Positions 60,394 through 64,000 of a stretch of DNA of 64,000 nt are shown here, piece by piece (the stretch's first letter is position 1; each line of letters starts with the position of its first letter). Origin of the DNA: Mustelus asterias (lineage: Eukaryota); NCBI RefSeq assembly GCF_964213995.1, contig NW_027590156.1:496001-560000 (forward strand), in the 5' to 3' direction. A model generated the notes under the pieces. The model saw nothing but the letters and a program-made list of their open reading frames with translations, made no database searches and was not told the origin of the DNA. A program made the translations under genes and the position numbers.

Positions 60394-61300
60394 TTACTCG
60401 TGAATTCTTTGGTGTCTAAGCAGGTGGAATGACTGAGAAAATCCCTTTCCACACTCGGAGCAGATGAATGGTCTTTCCCCAGTGTGAACTCGTTGGTGTC
60501 TCAGCGGGTTGGATGACCGAGTGCATCCCTTCCCACACTCTGAGCAGGTGAATGATCGCCTGAACCCAGCCCCACAGTGAGAGCACCCGAATGGTCTCTC
60601 ATCAGTGTGAACACGTTGATGGGACATCAGTTCACTAGAACTTTTATAGCACTTCCCGCAGTCTGAGCATTTAAAAGGTCTTTCGTCAGTGTGAACCCGT
60701 TGATGTGTCAGGAGGTCAGATGATTGAGTGAATCCCTTCCCACACTGAGAGCAGATGAACGGCCTCTCCCCAGTGTGAATGCGCTGGTGTGACACCAGGC
60801 TGGATGACTGAGTGAATCTCTTCCCACACTGAGAGCAGGTGAACGGCCTCTTCCCGTGTGAAGCCATTGGTGTCTCAGCAGGTGGGATAATTGAGTGAAT
60901 TCCTTCCCACACTCAGAGCAGGTGATTGGCTTCTCCCCAGTGTGAACATGCTGATGAGTACGTAGGTGGGATGACCGAGTGAATCCCTTTCCACACTCGG
61001 AATAGGTGAACAGTCTCTCCCCAGTGTGAACTCGCTGGTGTAACACCAGGTTGGATGACTGAGTGAATCCCATTCCACACTCAGTGCAGGTGAATGGCGT
61101 CTCCCCATGTGACTGCGCCGATGAGTTTCCAGCTGGGATGGGTAACTGAATTCCTTCTCACAGTCCACACGTTGCTGCGCTTTTTCCATAGAGTGACTGC
61201 ACTTATGTTTTGACAGGCCAGATGATCGGTTGAGGCCTCGTCCACACACAAAACATATGTATGGTTCCCTCCACCGTGAACGGTGTTTTTTCCTTCCACG
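60394..61300 (-). pseudogene. Tandem C2H2 (Kruppel-type) zinc-finger pseudogene
   Basis: HTGERPFxCxxCGKxFxQSSxLxxHQR fingers distributed over several frames (ORFs 60394-60912, 60708-61073, 60875-61312, 61081-61305); upstream region replaced by CR1. Confidence 0.9.
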
Positions 61301-61379
61301 TTCAAAAGCCACTGATATTCAGTTACAATAAATTGGATGAATCTGTCAGATTTTGATATGTTATTTATTTTCAGTTTCC

Positions 61380-61698
61380 AGGGTGAACAGTGGGAAGCTT
61401 TTTCCCAGGTCGGAGGTGACGATCACGAGGGCTCACGGGCTCAAGGTGAGAGGGGCGAAGTATAACTCAGATATCAGAGGGACGTTTTTTACACAGAGGG
61501 TGGTGGGGGCCTGGAATGCGCTGCCAAGTAGGGTGGTGGAGGCAGGCACGCTGACATCGTTTAAGACTTACCTGGATAGTCACATGAGCAGCCTGGGAAT
61601 GGAGGGATACAAACGATTGGTCTAGTTGGACCAAGGAGCGGCACAGGCTTGGAGGGCCGAAGGGCCTGTTTCCTGTGCTGTACTGTTCTTTGTTCTTG
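61380..61698 (+). mobile_element. Short CR1 3' end, nearly identical to 54098-54419
   Basis: RVNSGKLFPRSEVTITR...MEGYKRLV shared. Confidence 0.9.
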
Positions 61699-61732
61699 TT
61701 CCATGTACCACAGCTCACTGAGCTGCCAACAC

Positions 61733-63954
61733 GATAGCATTGGAAAGAGATAGGATCAGGCAGGCTAAGAAAGTGTTTCTCTGGAGTAAAGGGAAATACA
61801 GTGTCATCAGGGAGGAAATTAGACGGGTAAATTGGAAGGAGGCATTCTTGGGGAAAAGTACCGAAGGAAAGTGGAGGATTTTCAAGGAATGTTTGTCTGG
61901 AGCTCTGCATGACAACATTCCGATGAGACAGGGGGGTGTTGGTAGGGTACGGGAACCGTGGTGCACGAAGGTTGTGATGAACCTGGTGAATAAGAAAAGA
62001 GAGGCGTACAGAAGGTTCAGAGAGCTAGGAGGTGTTAAGGATTTAGAGGAGTATACGGGATGTAGGAAGGAGCTTAAGAAGGAAATTAGGAGAGCGAGAA
62101 GGGGTCATGAGAAGACCTTGGCGGGTAAGATTAAGGAGAATCCCAAGGCTTTCTACAAATATGTCAAGAGTAAAAGGATGAGATGTGAAGGCATAGGACC
62201 CTTAAAAGGTGAAGGGGGAAAAGTTTGTGCGGAACCGTTAGAAATGGCGGAGGTGCTTAATGAATACTTTACCTCGGTATTCACGGTGGAAAGGGATCTG
62301 GGTGGTTGTACTGCTGGTTTGCGGTGGACAGAAAGGATCGAGCATGTGGACATAAAGAAAGAGGATGTGTTGGAACTATTGAATGGCATCAAGGTTGGTA
62401 AGTCGCCGGGACCGGATGGGATGTACCCCAGGTTACTGTGGGAGGCGAGGGAGCAGATTGCGGAGCCTTTGACGATGATCTTTGCATCGTCGATGGAGAC
62501 GGGAGAGGTTCCGGAGGATTGGAGGATTGCAGATGTGGTCCCTATATTCAAGAAAGGGAACAGGGACAGCCCGGGAAATTACCGACCGGTGAGTCTAACC
62601 TCAGTGGTTGGTAAGTTGATGGAGAGGATCCTGAGAGACAGGATTTATGATCATCTAGAGAAGTTTAGTATGATCAAAAGTAGTCAGCACGGCTTTGTCA
62701 AGGGCAGGTCGTGCCTTACGAGCCTGGTTGAGTTCTTTGAAAATGTGACCAAACACATTGACGAAGGAAGAGCGGTGGATGTGGTCTATATGGACTTCAG
62801 CAAGGCGTTCGATAAGGTCCCCCATGCAAGACTTCTTGAGAAAGTGAGAGGGCATGGGATCCAAGGGGCTGTTGCCTTGTGGATCCAGAACTGGCTTGCC
62901 TGCAGAAGGCAGAGAGTGGCTGTGGAAGGGTCTTACTCTGCATGGAGGTCAGTGACCAGTGGAGTGCCCCAGGGATCTGTTCTGGGACCCTTGCTGTTTG
63001 TCATTTTCATAAATGACCTGGATGAGGAAGTGGAGGGATGGGTTGGTAAGTTTGCTGACGACACCAAGGTAGGTGGTGTTGTGGATAGTTTGGAGGGATG
63101 TCAGAAGTTGCAGCGAGACATAGGTAGAATGCAAGACTGGGCGGAGAAGTGGCAGATGGACTTCAACCTGGATACGTGTGTAGTGATCCATTTTGGCAGA
63201 TCCAATGGGATGAAGCAGCAGTATAATATGAAGGGTACCATTCTTAGCAGTGTAGAGGATCAGAAGGACCTTGGGGTCCGGGTCCATAGGACTCTTAAAT
63301 CGGCCTCGCAGGTGGAGGATGCGGTCAAGAAGGCGTACGGCGTACTAGCCTTCATTAATCGAGGGATTGAGTGTAGGAGTCGGGAGATAATGCTGCAGCT
63401 TTATAGGACCCTGGTTAGACCCCACTTGGAGTACTGCGCGCAGTTCTGGTCACCTCATTACAGGAAAGATGTTGAAGCCATTGAAAGGGTGCAGAAGAGA
63501 TTTACAAGGATGTTGCCTGGATTGGGGGGCATGCCTTATGAGGATAGGTTGAGGGAGCATGGTCTCTTCTCCCTGGAGAGACGAAGGATGAGAGGTGACC
63601 TGATAGAGGTTTACAAGATGTTGAGAGGTCTGGATAGGGTAGACTCTCAGAGGCTATTTCCAAGGGCTGAAATGGTTGCTACGAGAGGACACAGGTTTAA
63701 GGTGCTGGGGGGGTAGGTACAGAGGAGATGTCAGGGGTAAGTTTTTCACTCAGAGGGTGGTGGGTGAGTGGAATCGGCTGACGTCGGTGGTGGTGGAGGC
63801 AAACTCGTTGGGGTCTTTTAAGAGACTTCTGGATGAGTACATGGGATTTAATGGGATTGAGGGCTATAGACAGGCCTAGAGGTAGGGATATGATCAGCGC
63901 AACTTGTGGGCCGAAGGGCCTGTTTGTGCTGTGGCTTTCTATGTTCTATGTTCT
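61733..63954 (+). mobile_element. Young 5'-truncated CR1 LINE inserted into a 38-bp tandem repeat, TSD AACAC
   Basis: ORF 61740-63716 with full RT motifs; (ATGTTCT)n tail; AACAC at 61728-61732 and 63955-63959. Confidence 0.95.
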
Positions 63955-64000
63955 AACACCCTGCCCCATGTACCACAGCTCACTGTGCTGCCAACACCCT

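Noticed and set aside
60394-61312. Functional zinc-finger gene
   Set aside because: Finger array is split over several frames, some fingers lack Cys/His ligands, and the upstream region is replaced by CR1; assembly indels cannot be fully excluded

Overview
Eukaryotic, repeat-rich DNA from a cartilaginous fish (shark-type SINEs, CR1 and Penelope elements; species cannot be fixed from sequence alone). The core is one complete cluster-type IgM heavy-chain gene on the + strand: leader (29458-29503), VH with a 23-RSS, one free D (12-RSS/22-RSS), a JH, CH1-CH4 with secretory tail, and TM1/TM2 exons. All exons are open and splice-compatible. Several things are atypical. (1) The JH sits where D2 normally lies, carries a D-like 5' end and a 12-bp-spacer RSS, which suggests a germline-joined V-D-(DJ) cluster. 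(2) The VH has an extra Cys35 and camelid-VHH-like FR2 changes (G44E, W47L). (3) The membrane pathway has a weakened CH4 donor and a Trp>Arg change in the conserved TM motif. (4) A ~1.1 kb G-rich, GAGCT-containing, switch-region-like tract lies just 5' of CH1. (5) The V-upstream module is tandemly duplicated and the upstream copy ends in a truncated VH pseudogene. Downstream lie a decayed tRNA array arranged partly as an inverted repeat, a long-TIR non-autonomous DNA element whose intact end is the RSS heptamer CACAGTG (split by a nested CR1), and a frameshifted C2H2 zinc-finger pseudogene. The rest is CR1/L2/Rex LINE fragments, Penelope elements with minimal hammerhead ribozymes, SINEs and satellites. 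Repeat boundaries are by-eye estimates.
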